From: Armatimonadota bacterium
GTDB lineage: Bacteria > Armatimonadota > Armatimonadia > Armatimonadales > Armatimonadaceae
Assembly: GCA_043754515.1 (NCBI GenBank)
Contig: JAYUUO010000019.1
Span: 1-18,657 of the forward strand
Direction: 5' to 3'
Length of the DNA stretch: 18,657 nucleotides
Both the position numbers and the translations under genes were made by a program. Under the pieces are notes generated by a model that saw nothing but the letters and a program-made list of their open reading frames with translations, was not told the origin of the DNA and did not search any database. Of the stretch, positions 7,992 through 16,378 are shown piece by piece. Within the stretch, counting starts at the first letter, position 1. Every line of letters begins with the position of its first letter.

Positions 7992-9194
7992 ATGCCGAAA
8001 ACCCGACCGATCCTTGCGCCCGCAAAAAAGAGTTACATTTCGCGTGCTGCGACAATAGGGCGCATTCAATCGGACTTGCGCCAGCGCGTTGGCGATGGTG
8101 TGTGGGAACCCGGCACACTGATTCCCAGTCGCCGCGTACTTGCCGAAGAGTTTGGCGTAGATTTAAGCACGGTTCGCCGTGCCACGTTGCCCTTGATTGA
8201 CGAGGGGATGTTGCGGGTGGATCGCCGGGGAACATTTGTGCCGGTCGGAACCGGGGGAACCGTTGAAAGAAGCCCGATGGCGGGCTTGATGAATCACACG
8301 GTCGCGGTGCTGACTCCGTTCAGCGCAATGCCGATGCAAACCATTTCGGCGAACGGTTGGGGCATTACGCTCACTAACGCGACTCTGCAAGCCGTTTACG
8401 ACGCGGGTTTGCACGCGATTGTTTTGCACCCCGACCGGTTGCAAAACGACAGCATGGCGCAACTTGTCGCCAACTGCCCGTATGGCATTATTTGCGGCGA
8501 ACTCAGTCACGACTTACAACACTTATACGAACTACTCGCGGCGGCAAGAGACGCTTCCGTGCCGGTGGTGGTGTACGGCGACGGTGTCGAACTCGCGTTC
8601 TACGACCGTGTGGTGTCGGATCATGTCGAGGGCGCGTATCAGTTGACAAAGTGGCTGATTGGAACCGGGAGAAAACGCCTTTTGAATGTTTGGCCCGCAC
8701 CGAGCCAAGGCTACTGGTTCGGGATGCGCGAGGCGGGAACACGCCGCGCTATCGCGGAAGCCGGTTTGGAGTTTTCGGAGCCGATAACTGTACCGAACCT
8801 GTATGAGTTTAATACAGAGCGCGAAGGGTTCGCGGCAAAGGTGCGCGTCTACGCCGGGTATCTCGCCGAGTATCTTGTCGGGCGGCACGATCCGTGCGAT
8901 GCCCTGATGGTGTCTACCGACGGCGATGTTTACATAGTTGCCGCCGCGTGCCGGATGCTGGGCAAGGAACCCGGCGTGGATGTTGTCATTGCTGGCTACG
9001 ACAACTACTGGGCGGATGTCACGGACAAGGACTACGAGCGAAGTCGCCCGGTAGCGACGGTGGACAAGCAGAACGCCAAAATCGGCGCGGCACTGGCACA
9101 ATTGCTGTTTGAGCGGATTCACAACAATGGTGACGCCGCGCCGCGCGTGGTTTCGATTACACCGGAACTGGTGGTAACCGCCTCCGATCCATAA
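7992..9194 (+). CDS. AraR-like regulator: GntR winged-HTH plus LacI-type sugar-binding domain
   Basis: G.WEPGTLIPSRRVLAEEFGV..STVRRA...L..EG (GntR HTH), then V.SDH.EGAY.LT..LI..G, R.AG, PG.DV.IAGYDN and TVD.....IG..LA.LL.ERI (LacI effector domain). The start is uncertain (7992 or 7923). Confidence 0.9.
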   Translation: MPKTRPILAPAKKSYISRAATIGRIQSDLRQRVGDGVWEPGTLIPSRRVLAEEFGVDLSTVRRATLPLIDEGMLRVDRRGTFVPVGTGGTVERSPMAGLMNHTVAVLTPFSAMPMQTISANGWGITLTNATLQAVYDAGLHAIVLHPDRLQNDSMAQLVANCPYGIICGELSHDLQHLYELLAAARDASVPVVVYGDGVELAFYDRVVSDHVEGAYQLTKWLIGTGRKRLLNVWPAPSQGYWFGMREAGTRRAIAEAGLEFSEPITVPNLYEFNTEREGFAAKVRVYAGYLAEYLVGRHDPCDALMVSTDGDVYIVAAACRMLGKEPGVDVVIAGYDNYWADVTDKDYERSRPVATVDKQNAKIGAALAQLLFERIHNNGDAAPRVVSITPELVVTASDP

Positions 9195-9300
9195 AGATTT
9201 AACTCTTCCTAATGACCCTGAATAACGAGCGAATACATTTGTTTCACGGGATTGACAAAAGCTCGCTATCCCGACCGTAACCCGACAAGAAAGAACAACA

Positions 9301-9528
9301 ATGCTGTCTAACAACAAAGGATTGACAACCTACAAATGCCGCTCGTCACGAACTGTCGGTTCTCCCTGCAAACGCGAAGCGTTTACGCTGATTGAACTGC
9401 TCATGGTTATCGCTATTATCGCCATTCTTGCTGCGATCCTGTTCCCGGTGTTCGCACAAGCCCGCGACAAAGCGCGGCGTCTCGCGATAGGCCACATCCA
9501 CGTTTCCGACCCACGCCGGGTACAATAG
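9301..9528 (+). pseudogene. Truncated prepilin-type N-terminal cleavage/methylation (DUF1559-type) gene
   Basis: [34 protein letters not shown] is the canonical start. The expected Q..C.SN.KQ continuation is missing. After about 9478 the frame reads unrelated sequence and stops inside the next gene's -10 box. Confidence 0.85.
9521..9526 (+). promoter_or_regulatory. -10 box for a leaderless transcript
   Basis: gggTACAAT-agccgc-ATG(9533), with no Shine-Dalgarno sequence. Confidence 0.6.
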
Positions 9529-9532
9529 CCGC

Positions 9533-10015
9533 ATGCCGATATACGATGAATCCGATGGCAACGATTTCGTGGAGTTCGAGGAGCGTTTCGCCTGGGTGCC
9601 GAATGTGCTCGCCGTGGAGTATGGCGAGTGGGAGACGGAAGCGACCGCGCCGCTGGAGCTGAACTGGCTGATGCTCCTGCCGGAAGACCCGCGCTACGAT
9701 CTGGAGTCAGTCGAGTGTAGCATCGCTTATGAGAACGACGCGACGGGCTACGCGGCGACCGTTTGGGATGCGTCGGGCGAGGACGACCTACCGTGGGCGG
9801 TGGTGCTCGTAGACGATTTCGGGGCGCGACTCCTGTCCGAATATAGTCTGCTCGATGAGGACGCGGACGAGGAGACGCTCGAAGCACTGCTCGCGAAGGC
9901 GGCAGTGGAGCTACCGAAGCGGTTGCTGGCGGGCGAGTTCGACCGTGAAGGCACGCCGCTTGAGATCCCCGAATGGCTCGCGGTCGCGCCTGCTCTAACC
10001 GACGGGGAAGAGTAA
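9533..10015 (+). CDS. Hypothetical, strongly acidic protein
   Basis: 160-aa ORF with G/C-ending codon bias. My hand count is 42 D/E versus 7 K/R. It ends 4 nt before the GH38 gene. Confidence 0.8.
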   Translation: MPIYDESDGNDFVEFEERFAWVPNVLAVEYGEWETEATAPLELNWLMLLPEDPRYDLESVECSIAYENDATGYAATVWDASGEDDLPWAVVLVDDFGARLLSEYSLLDEDADEETLEALLAKAAVELPKRLLAGEFDREGTPLEIPEWLAVAPALTDGEE

Positions 10016-10019
10016 AGCC

Positions 10020-13000
10020 TTGCCCTCGCTCGTCCCCGCATCCGAATCCGACTTACCGCTTATTGCCCGGTTGCGCGACGCCGTTTATCGCGAGCGGCTG
10101 GCGGTCGCGCTGTTCGCGAACGGCGTGCCGGTCAGCCCCGGTTACACCTACTACGACCGGGAAGCCGCGCGCTGGTTTTCCGCCTCCGTCACCGTGCCGA
10201 CGGAGTGGGCGGGGGAGCGGGTCGGGCTGTGTATCAAGATCGCGGGGGGAGAACCGCTTCTGTTCGTGGATAGCAAGCCGTACCAGGCACTCGACTATTA
10301 TCACGAAACGGCGTTGCTTCACGACCCGGCGTTGGGCGGCGAAACGCATGAGTTGGGCATCGAAGTGTACGCCCGAACCGTAGGCGTTGACGTGGTTTTT
10401 GAATCTGCCGAGCTGGTTCTCATGGACCGGGAGGCGTCGCGGTTGCTGTACGACACCCGCGTCCTACAACAAATGGCCTACTCCACCCGTGGCCCCCTTT
10501 ATGAGCACGGCCTCAGCCCGTTGCAACAACTTAGCGACAGAGTGGACGCTTCCAGTTCGGCATCCATCCGCGACAGCTTCCCGAAAATCAACGACAGTCT
10601 CCAACTCGCGCGAAGAGTCATGGCGATGTTGTTCAAGCCCGAGACGACAACGCGACCGGTCGAACCGCGCGTCGTGACCTGCGTCGGGCATTCGCACCTC
10701 GATCTCGCGTACCTGTGGGCGTTGCCGAACACGCGCAAGAAGGTGGGGCGGACGTGGGCGAGTATGCTCCGGCTGATGGACGAGTACGCCGAGTTCCAAT
10801 TCACGCAGTCGCAACCATTCCTGTATGACGTCTGCAAGGCCGATTACCCCGACCTCTGGGAGTGGGTGAAGGCGCGGGTCGCCGAAGGACGCTGGGAGCC
10901 GACCGGCGCGATGTGGGTCGAGCCGGACGCCAACATTCCTTCGGGCGAGTCGCTAATCCGGCAGATACTTCACGGACAGGCCTTCTACAAGCGCGAGTTC
11001 GGTGCCGTCTCACGGGTGGCCTGGCTTCCGGACACGTTCGGCTTCCCCGCGAGTCTGCCGCAAATCCTCGCCGGTTGCGGCGTCCGGTACCTGCTGACCT
11101 CGAAACTTTCCTGGAACGACACGAACCCTTTCCCGCACGACACGTTCCGCTGGCGCGGTAACGACAGTGCTTCCGAGGTGCTAACCCACTTCCTGACCGC
11201 CCCCGAATCCCATCCTCAGCTCGGACGCGAGGTCGCCACGTACAACGGAACCGCGACGGCGGGGCAGATTGACGACGCGTGGGAGCGGTACGCGCAGAAG
11301 AACGTAAACAATGACATTCTGTACTGCGTCGGCTATGGCGACGGCGGCGGGGGCACTACGCGCGAGATGGTGGAGATGATCCGCCTCTTCGCCGACATGC
11401 CGGGGATCCCGTGCGCCACGTTCGGGCGCGCCGACGCCTTCTTCGACCGGCTTGACGAGAAGCGGGGCGAGTTCCCGCTCTGGCAGAGCGAATTGTATCT
11501 AGAGAATCACCGGGGGACGCTGACGTCGCAGGCGTGGATCAAACGCGCCAACCGGTACGCGGAGACGTTGCTACGGAACGCCGAGATATTCTCCGTGCTT
11601 GCCGAGACCGAGACCGGCACCGCCTACCCCGCGTACGAGTTGCGCGGCGCGTGGCAGACCCTTCTCACGAACCAGTTCCACGACATCCTCGCCGGAACCG
11701 TGGTCCCGCAAGCCGTCGCCGACGCCCGCCGCGACTTCGCCCGCATCACGGAGATCGGCACGCTACTTCTGGAGAACGCGCTCGCCGCCATCGCGGAGCG
11801 GGTGCTGCTCAAAGACGACTCGTTCGTGATATTCAATCCCACCGACACCCTGCGCCCGTCCGACACGGTGCGCGTCACCGTGCCCGCGACCGTGATCAAG
11901 GCGGTCGAGTTCGCGGACGCGGGCGACGCCCTGCTACCGTCCCAGTTCCTCTCGGTGGACAAGAAAGGCAACCGGGACTACCTGGTGCTACTCGGCGAGG
12001 TCGGCGCGCTCGGCTACCAGACGATCACCGCGTACAAGTCGGCGGGTCCACAGGAGGAGAGCACGGTTTTCGCGGCGGACGGCGTGTTGGAAAACGACTT
12101 CGCCCGCGTGACGCTGAACGAGTCCGGCGAGATCACGTCGTTCGTCCACAAGATCCCGGCGGACACCGACGAGGAACCGGACGCCGTGCAGGAGCGGGAG
12201 GTGATCGCGGGCGGGTGGCGCGGGAACGTGCTCGCCCTATACGACGACAAGCCGTCAGCGTATGACGCCTGGAACATTGACCGCGAGGCGTTCGACACGG
12301 GCGTCGAACTTTCCGCCGAAAGCAGCGTGGAGCGGTTCGCGGTGATCGAAGAAGGCCCCGTGCGCGCTGGGTACGAGATCACGCACCGGTTCCGCGCGTC
12401 CACGATCACCCAGCGCATCTTCCTGTACGCGCACTCGCCCCGACTCGAAGTACAAACCACGGCGGACTGGCACGAGCATCAGATCCTGTTGTGCGTGCAT
12501 TTCCCGGTCGCGATCAACGCGCCGACGGCGACGTACGAGATCCAGCATGGCTACATCGAACGTCCGACGCGTGAGAACACATCGTGGGACGCGGCCCGCT
12601 TCGAGGTCTGCCACCATCGCTTCATGGATCTGTCGGAGGGGGATTACGGCGTCTCGCTCCTGAACGATTGCAAGTACGGCGGTTGTGTCCGCGACAACGA
12701 CCTGCGCCTGACGCTGATCAAATCCGGCATTTATCCCGACCCGGAGGCCGATCAGGGGGAGCATATATTCACCTACGCGCTGCTCCCGCACACCGGCAGT
12801 TTCCGCAACGAGACGGTGGACGAGGCGCACGCGCTGAACTACCCGCTCCTGTCCGCCTTCGCCCGCAAGCGCGAGCCCCGCAAGACGCCCGCGTTGCCCC
12901 GCGCCTTCGCGCTTGCGTCCGTGAACGATCAGGGCCTGGTGATTGACGCGATCAAGCGGGCGGAGGACGGGAACGGCTACATCGTCCGCCTATACGAAGC

Positions 13001-13178
13001 GTTCAACACGCGCGGCTCGGCGACCCTGACGCTCGGTTTCGACGTCGCGGAGGCGTTCGCCACGAACCTGCTTGAGGAGGACCCCGAGCCGGTGGCGGTG
13101 ACCGGCGGGGGCGACATCGCGTTCTCCTACCGCCCGCACGAGATCAAGACCTTCCGAGTCGTGCCCGCCGCCCGTTGA
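10020..13178 (+). CDS. GH38 alpha-mannosidase
   Basis: GHSHLD.A.LW (Zn ligands), WVEPD.NIPSGESLIRQ, WLPDTFG (nucleophile), GYGDGGGG, ELYLE.HRGT.TSQ, NQFHDIL.G, LLND.KYG, LTL.KS...PDP.ADQG.H and RLYE. TTG start with upstream GGGGAAG. Confidence 0.95.
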   Translation: MPSLVPASESDLPLIARLRDAVYRERLAVALFANGVPVSPGYTYYDREAARWFSASVTVPTEWAGERVGLCIKIAGGEPLLFVDSKPYQALDYYHETALLHDPALGGETHELGIEVYARTVGVDVVFESAELVLMDREASRLLYDTRVLQQMAYSTRGPLYEHGLSPLQQLSDRVDASSSASIRDSFPKINDSLQLARRVMAMLFKPETTTRPVEPRVVTCVGHSHLDLAYLWALPNTRKKVGRTWASMLRLMDEYAEFQFTQSQPFLYDVCKADYPDLWEWVKARVAEGRWEPTGAMWVEPDANIPSGESLIRQILHGQAFYKREFGAVSRVAWLPDTFGFPASLPQILAGCGVRYLLTSKLSWNDTNPFPHDTFRWRGNDSASEVLTHFLTAPESHPQLGREVATYNGTATAGQIDDAWERYAQKNVNNDILYCVGYGDGGGGTTREMVEMIRLFADMPGIPCATFGRADAFFDRLDEKRGEFPLWQSELYLENHRGTLTSQAWIKRANRYAETLLRNAEIFSVLAETETGTAYPAYELRGAWQTLLTNQFHDILAGTVVPQAVADARRDFARITEIGTLLLENALAAIAERVLLKDDSFVIFNPTDTLRPSDTVRVTVPATVIKAVEFADAGDALLPSQFLSVDKKGNRDYLVLLGEVGALGYQTITAYKSAGPQEESTVFAADGVLENDFARVTLNESGEITSFVHKIPADTDEEPDAVQEREVIAGGWRGNVLALYDDKPSAYDAWNIDREAFDTGVELSAESSVERFAVIEEGPVRAGYEITHRFRASTITQRIFLYAHSPRLEVQTTADWHEHQILLCVHFPVAINAPTATYEIQHGYIERPTRENTSWDAARFEVCHHRFMDLSEGDYGVSLLNDCKYGGCVRDNDLRLTLIKSGIYPDPEADQGEHIFTYALLPHTGSFRNETVDEAHALNYPLLSAFARKREPRKTPALPRAFALASVNDQGLVIDAIKRAEDGNGYIVRLYEAFNTRGSATLTLGFDVAEAFATNLLEEDPEPVAVTGGGDIAFSYRPHEIKTFRVVPAAR

Positions 13179-13239
13179 CACGCTAGCGAGAGACGCGGGC
13201 TGCAAACCGCGTTTTCGGCGAAAGACACAAACCGCGGCG

Positions 13240-13343
13240 GTCCTGAAGTTCTCGCGACGATCACGGCTTCCGCCCGCGAGGAGACCATCGGCATCGCGCA
13301 TGTCGCTGAGGCGGTGCAGCACCATAAGGCGATTGCACCATAG
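13240..13343 (+). pseudogene. comM: Decayed 3'-end fragment of comM/yifB (Mg-chelatase-like ATPase)
   Basis: Reads VLKFSR, then a -1 frameshift near 13257, then TITASAREETIGIAHVAEAVQHH. This matches the recalled ComM/YifB C-terminus ILK.ARTIADL...E.I...HVAEAVQYR. Confidence 0.65.
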
Positions 13344-13567
13344 ACTAGTTGCTATTCGGGTGAACGTCTCCGATGCGCGATGTCGCGAGTTTGCACGGTA
13401 ATAGTCACGAAAGCAACCCGCGCCCTATCTCATCGCGCTGGCGCGGTCACGGGGCGTCTCGTTGCCCGAGTTAGTCCGTCATTTGGGATTGCGCCCGGCG
13501 TCCGTGTCCGCATGACGGAGGCCAGCCGTCTGGTAGGTTTGCACTACTGGTGGGGCGATTGCATCAT
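13328..13567 (+). repeat. 14-bp direct repeat pair with one mismatch
   Basis: GGCGATTGCACCAT (13328-13341) and GGCGATTGCATCAT (13554-13567). Confidence 0.55.
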
Positions 13568-13607
13568 TGTCGTCTTGATTTCACATCAATAATTTACGCG
13601 AGGTGTG

Positions 13608-13688
13608 CGCGGGGCGTGCGTCCGCGCGGGTCGCGCCCCGCGTTGGCACGCGGGTCTTCGACCCACGTCTATAGGCTCCTTCGGAGCC
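13608..13688 (-). repeat. REP-like palindrome cluster
   Basis: Three adjacent hairpins: 13608-13618/13632-13642; ACGTGGGTC-GAA-GACCCGCGT (minus strand, 13648-13668); GGCTCC-GAA-GGAGCC (minus strand, 13674-13688). Confidence 0.5.
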
Positions 13689-13827
13689 GGCCGTCCTTCA
13701 GACGCTAGAAGAAACATTTGATTCCTAGCGTGCGCCAACATCTGCTCCCGCGCGGAGGACGGCCAGGTGACTACCAGGCCGGTACCCGGGCAATGCCAGT
13801 ACCCATTAAATCTCGATCCGCCCCCGA

Positions 13828-14394
13828 CTACGCTTCGGGGGTGAGGCGAGGCTCATCCAGAAGGATAGATTTGTCATTCTTCGATAAGGTTTCCCACAAC
13901 TTTCTTCCGCCATGCTGAAGAGCAAAACCAAGTTCTGATTCGCTAATGCCGATACATTGAACCAGCAAAATGACAGGCGTATCAGGCGATTTTGAAAAGG
14001 GGTAGGGTCCGTAACTGGTTTCGCTAAGGGGTACAAACATCAACGCCACATACCCCAAACTCTTTAGATTATCACCGAGTTGCAGAGTGTCGTAGGCAGT
14101 GAACGCAGTGTCGTACTGCGCCGGGTAGAGGCAAAGTGCTTGCATCATAGACAACACCCAGTCTCCAGGCGACGCTACGACAACACAAAGTTGGCTTTGT
14201 TGTGCTGGATTAATATTTCGCTGGCTTAATCCGTTAGTCGCGTATATGTATCCACCACGGTCACCTTTCAGCGCGAACCGCATGATTGCGATCTCTGCTG
14301 TTTCACAACTTTCGGTGACGGGATGTATCTGCTGTGGCACCCCCCAAAGCGTTATGTACCCGCGAGTTATCTGCTTGAGTATTCCACTCCTCAT
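13828..14394 (-). CDS. Suppressor-of-fused (SUFU) domain protein, probable toxin immunity protein
   Basis: YIYATNGLS, W...MMQ.L..YP, F..YDT, LLVQCIGISESEL.FA...GG..L...L and terminal D..R match the bacterial SUFU pattern. SD AAAGGT upstream; visibly more AT-rich than its neighbours. Confidence 0.75.
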   Translation of the reverse strand: MRSGILKQITRGYITLWGVPQQIHPVTESCETAEIAIMRFALKGDRGGYIYATNGLSQRNINPAQQSQLCVVVASPGDWVLSMMQALCLYPAQYDTAFTAYDTLQLGDNLKSLGYVALMFVPLSETSYGPYPFSKSPDTPVILLVQCIGISESELGFALQHGGRKLWETLSKNDKSILLDEPRLTPEA

Positions 14395-14477
14395 ATCATT
14401 GACCTTTTTTCGCGCTTGATCCGTCGCTCGGAGTCGAGGGCGGAGTATCTGCTTTTGCGCATCTCATCACGCGCCCC

Positions 14478-15587
14478 TTACGCGGGGGGCGCGGCGGCTT
14501 CGGGAGGACCCTGTATATGCCCCGCGATCACGGCGAGTAGGGCGAGAAAAAGGCGCTGGTTCGGGAACTCGAAGGACTTGCCCGGGAACTTGTACACTCC
14601 CTCTGCCCCGACGCCCAGAAACCCGCCTTTCGCGCCCTGCCGCTTGATGACGAGTTCGCCTTTTCGGGTAGGGAGCAGGCCGTATTGCGTCCCGGCACCC
14701 ATGGTCGGGGGCTTGGAGAGTTCCACCGCGATATTCTCGAGCGCGTCGAGCGGCACCGTCTCGCTCTTCTTGCCGTTCTCGATCACCATCCCGGCGGACG
14801 ACACGCCGACCATGCCCCGGCCCTTGATCGGGAAGCGCACCGTCTCGCCGTGCCGCACCCGCGCGATTAGTTCGGGCAGTTGCGCCCCGACCCAGGCGTT
14901 CTCGGTGGCGACGGCGTACCAGAACTCGTGGTCGGGCGGCGGCATTTTGTCCTTGTGCTTGTGGGAGCCTTTGATCGTGTGAAGCGGCTTCCCCGCCGCG
15001 TCCCGCCATGTGAAGTTGTAAGATGTAGTGAGATACATGTAGTTATAGTGTTGGTTGGTTTGCTTCGTCACTAAAGCGTCGGCGCGGTCGAACTGTAGTT
15101 GCTCTGCCTTGCCTATGGGATTATTTTTGCCGCCGTAGTGGTAAACCACAGCGCCCCCCTCGCCGACGTAGGATGTCCTGTACTTCGGCTTCGCCGTGAA
15201 AAAGCCGACGACTCCGCCAACGATCCCGGCGAGCGCGTAGGACACGAAAGCACTAAGCGTGCTGAACGGGATGTTTGCCCGATACGTTATGTACAGAAGT
15301 AGAAGCATGCCCACGATGAAGCCGCCGGCCGCGCCCAGTAGCCGCTTGCCGATCTGCCCCTGCGCGCCCTTATCAGCATCCAGGTTAGAGAAGACGGACA
15401 GTACTCTCCCGATCTCGGGTGGGGGCGCGGCGAGATAGAGAAGACCCGATTTCACCGGCTCGCCCGCGTGCGTGACGAACGCGGACGATTCGGCGGCGGA
15501 CGGGTCCCAGCGCGATTGCAGATGTCCCAGCACCGGGAGCGGGGCGGTAGTCGGGTACGGGGGATCGGGTGGGGGCGAGATTGACAT
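14478..15587 (-). CDS. Hypothetical membrane protein with two TM helices
   Basis: 369-aa ORF with SD AAGGTG and a Pro-rich N-terminus. PPPEIG.V.S precedes two hydrophobic helices, then SYVG.GG and T.Y.F.W.D. It resembles an uncharacterised family I recall from cyanobacteria and planctomycetes. Confidence 0.8.
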   Translation of the reverse strand: MSISPPPDPPYPTTAPLPVLGHLQSRWDPSAAESSAFVTHAGEPVKSGLLYLAAPPPEIGRVLSVFSNLDADKGAQGQIGKRLLGAAGGFIVGMLLLLYITYRANIPFSTLSAFVSYALAGIVGGVVGFFTAKPKYRTSYVGEGGAVVYHYGGKNNPIGKAEQLQFDRADALVTKQTNQHYNYMYLTTSYNFTWRDAAGKPLHTIKGSHKHKDKMPPPDHEFWYAVATENAWVGAQLPELIARVRHGETVRFPIKGRGMVGVSSAGMVIENGKKSETVPLDALENIAVELSKPPTMGAGTQYGLLPTRKGELVIKRQGAKGGFLGVGAEGVYKFPGKSFEFPNQRLFLALLAVIAGHIQGPPEAAAPPA

Positions 15588-15793
15588 TTAAGAGCACCTT
15601 TCGCGGCACGAACGCCGGCACGCTTCGTTTTACCGTAACACCCGCCGATTCCTGCCCGGCACCACATAAAATCCCTGTATTCGCGCCCCCCGCCTGGCAT
15701 TAAAAATAATAAGCGTATTCTTTTTTCGTTCGCCCGACTTTCCGGGTCCTTACCGCGATAGCACTATGCAACGGTGGGGGGAGGGGAACGGGC

Positions 15794-16378
15794 GTGCCAA
15801 AAAACGAGCGGGAAGAGATTTCGGGCAAAGGGGAGACGGTTCTGGTCGGACGTGCCCGCGCCGGGGATCGTTCCGCCTTCGATCATCTGTACTCGATGTG
15901 GATGACCCCGCTCCGTAACTTCCTGCGCCACCGCGTCGCGCAACAATCCGTTGACGATGTAATGCAGGAAACGTTGATCGCCGCGTGGGCCGGTCTGCCG
16001 CGCTACGTGCCGCGCCCCCAGGCGACATTGTCCACGTGGATGTACCAGATCGCGCGGTATAAGGCGGCGGATTGGGCACGCGGCAACGCAAAGCAGGCCG
16101 CCCGCGAGACGCCAATCACGCCCGCCGACGAGGAGCGGATCGCCGCCCCGGACACGGCGTCGAGTATCGAGCAGGATACCGAAATCGCCGCGCTATTAAA
16201 AACGCTGTCGCCGGAACAGCACGAATTATTGGAGCTTCATTACGCGCACGGTCTGACGCTCGCGCAGATCGCCGAGCGACAGGGGCGCAACCTTAGCACC
16301 GTCAAATATCACTTTTACCGCGCCCAGAACGCGCTGTCCCTTGCGCGAATCGCCCGCGAGAAAGAGGCTAACCTATGA
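15794..16378 (+). CDS. ECF-type RNA polymerase sigma-70 factor
   Basis: Region 2: LV.RA..GD..AF..LY, DDVMQET.I.AW, TWMYQIAR.K..D..R. Region 4: LS.EQ.ELLEL.Y..GLTL.QIA...G....TVK...YRA. GTG start after GGGGAGG. Confidence 0.93.
   Translation: MPKNEREEISGKGETVLVGRARAGDRSAFDHLYSMWMTPLRNFLRHRVAQQSVDDVMQETLIAAWAGLPRYVPRPQATLSTWMYQIARYKAADWARGNAKQAARETPITPADEERIAAPDTASSIEQDTEIAALLKTLSPEQHELLELHYAHGLTLAQIAERQGRNLSTVKYHFYRAQNALSLARIAREKEANL

Noticed and set aside
9249..9328. GGATTGACAA repeated twice around the prepilin start
   Set aside because: It contains TTGACA but has no good -10 at 16-18 bp, and the second copy is inside the reading frame. It cannot be supported as a promoter or operator.
13380..13592. 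70-aa ORF in the intergenic tract (also 13718-13918)
   Set aside because: No ribosome-binding site, recognisable motif or convincing codon bias.
13179..13827. Possible CRISPR array, tRNA or known riboswitch in the long intergenic region
   Set aside because: No regularly spaced repeats, no cloverleaf or T-loop signature, and no aptamer consensus that I recognise.
15725..15765. Possible autoregulatory ECF promoter (CGACTT...CGATAG)
   Set aside because: It is a single instance with no second copy upstream of the PEP-CTERM gene, so a consensus cannot be supported.
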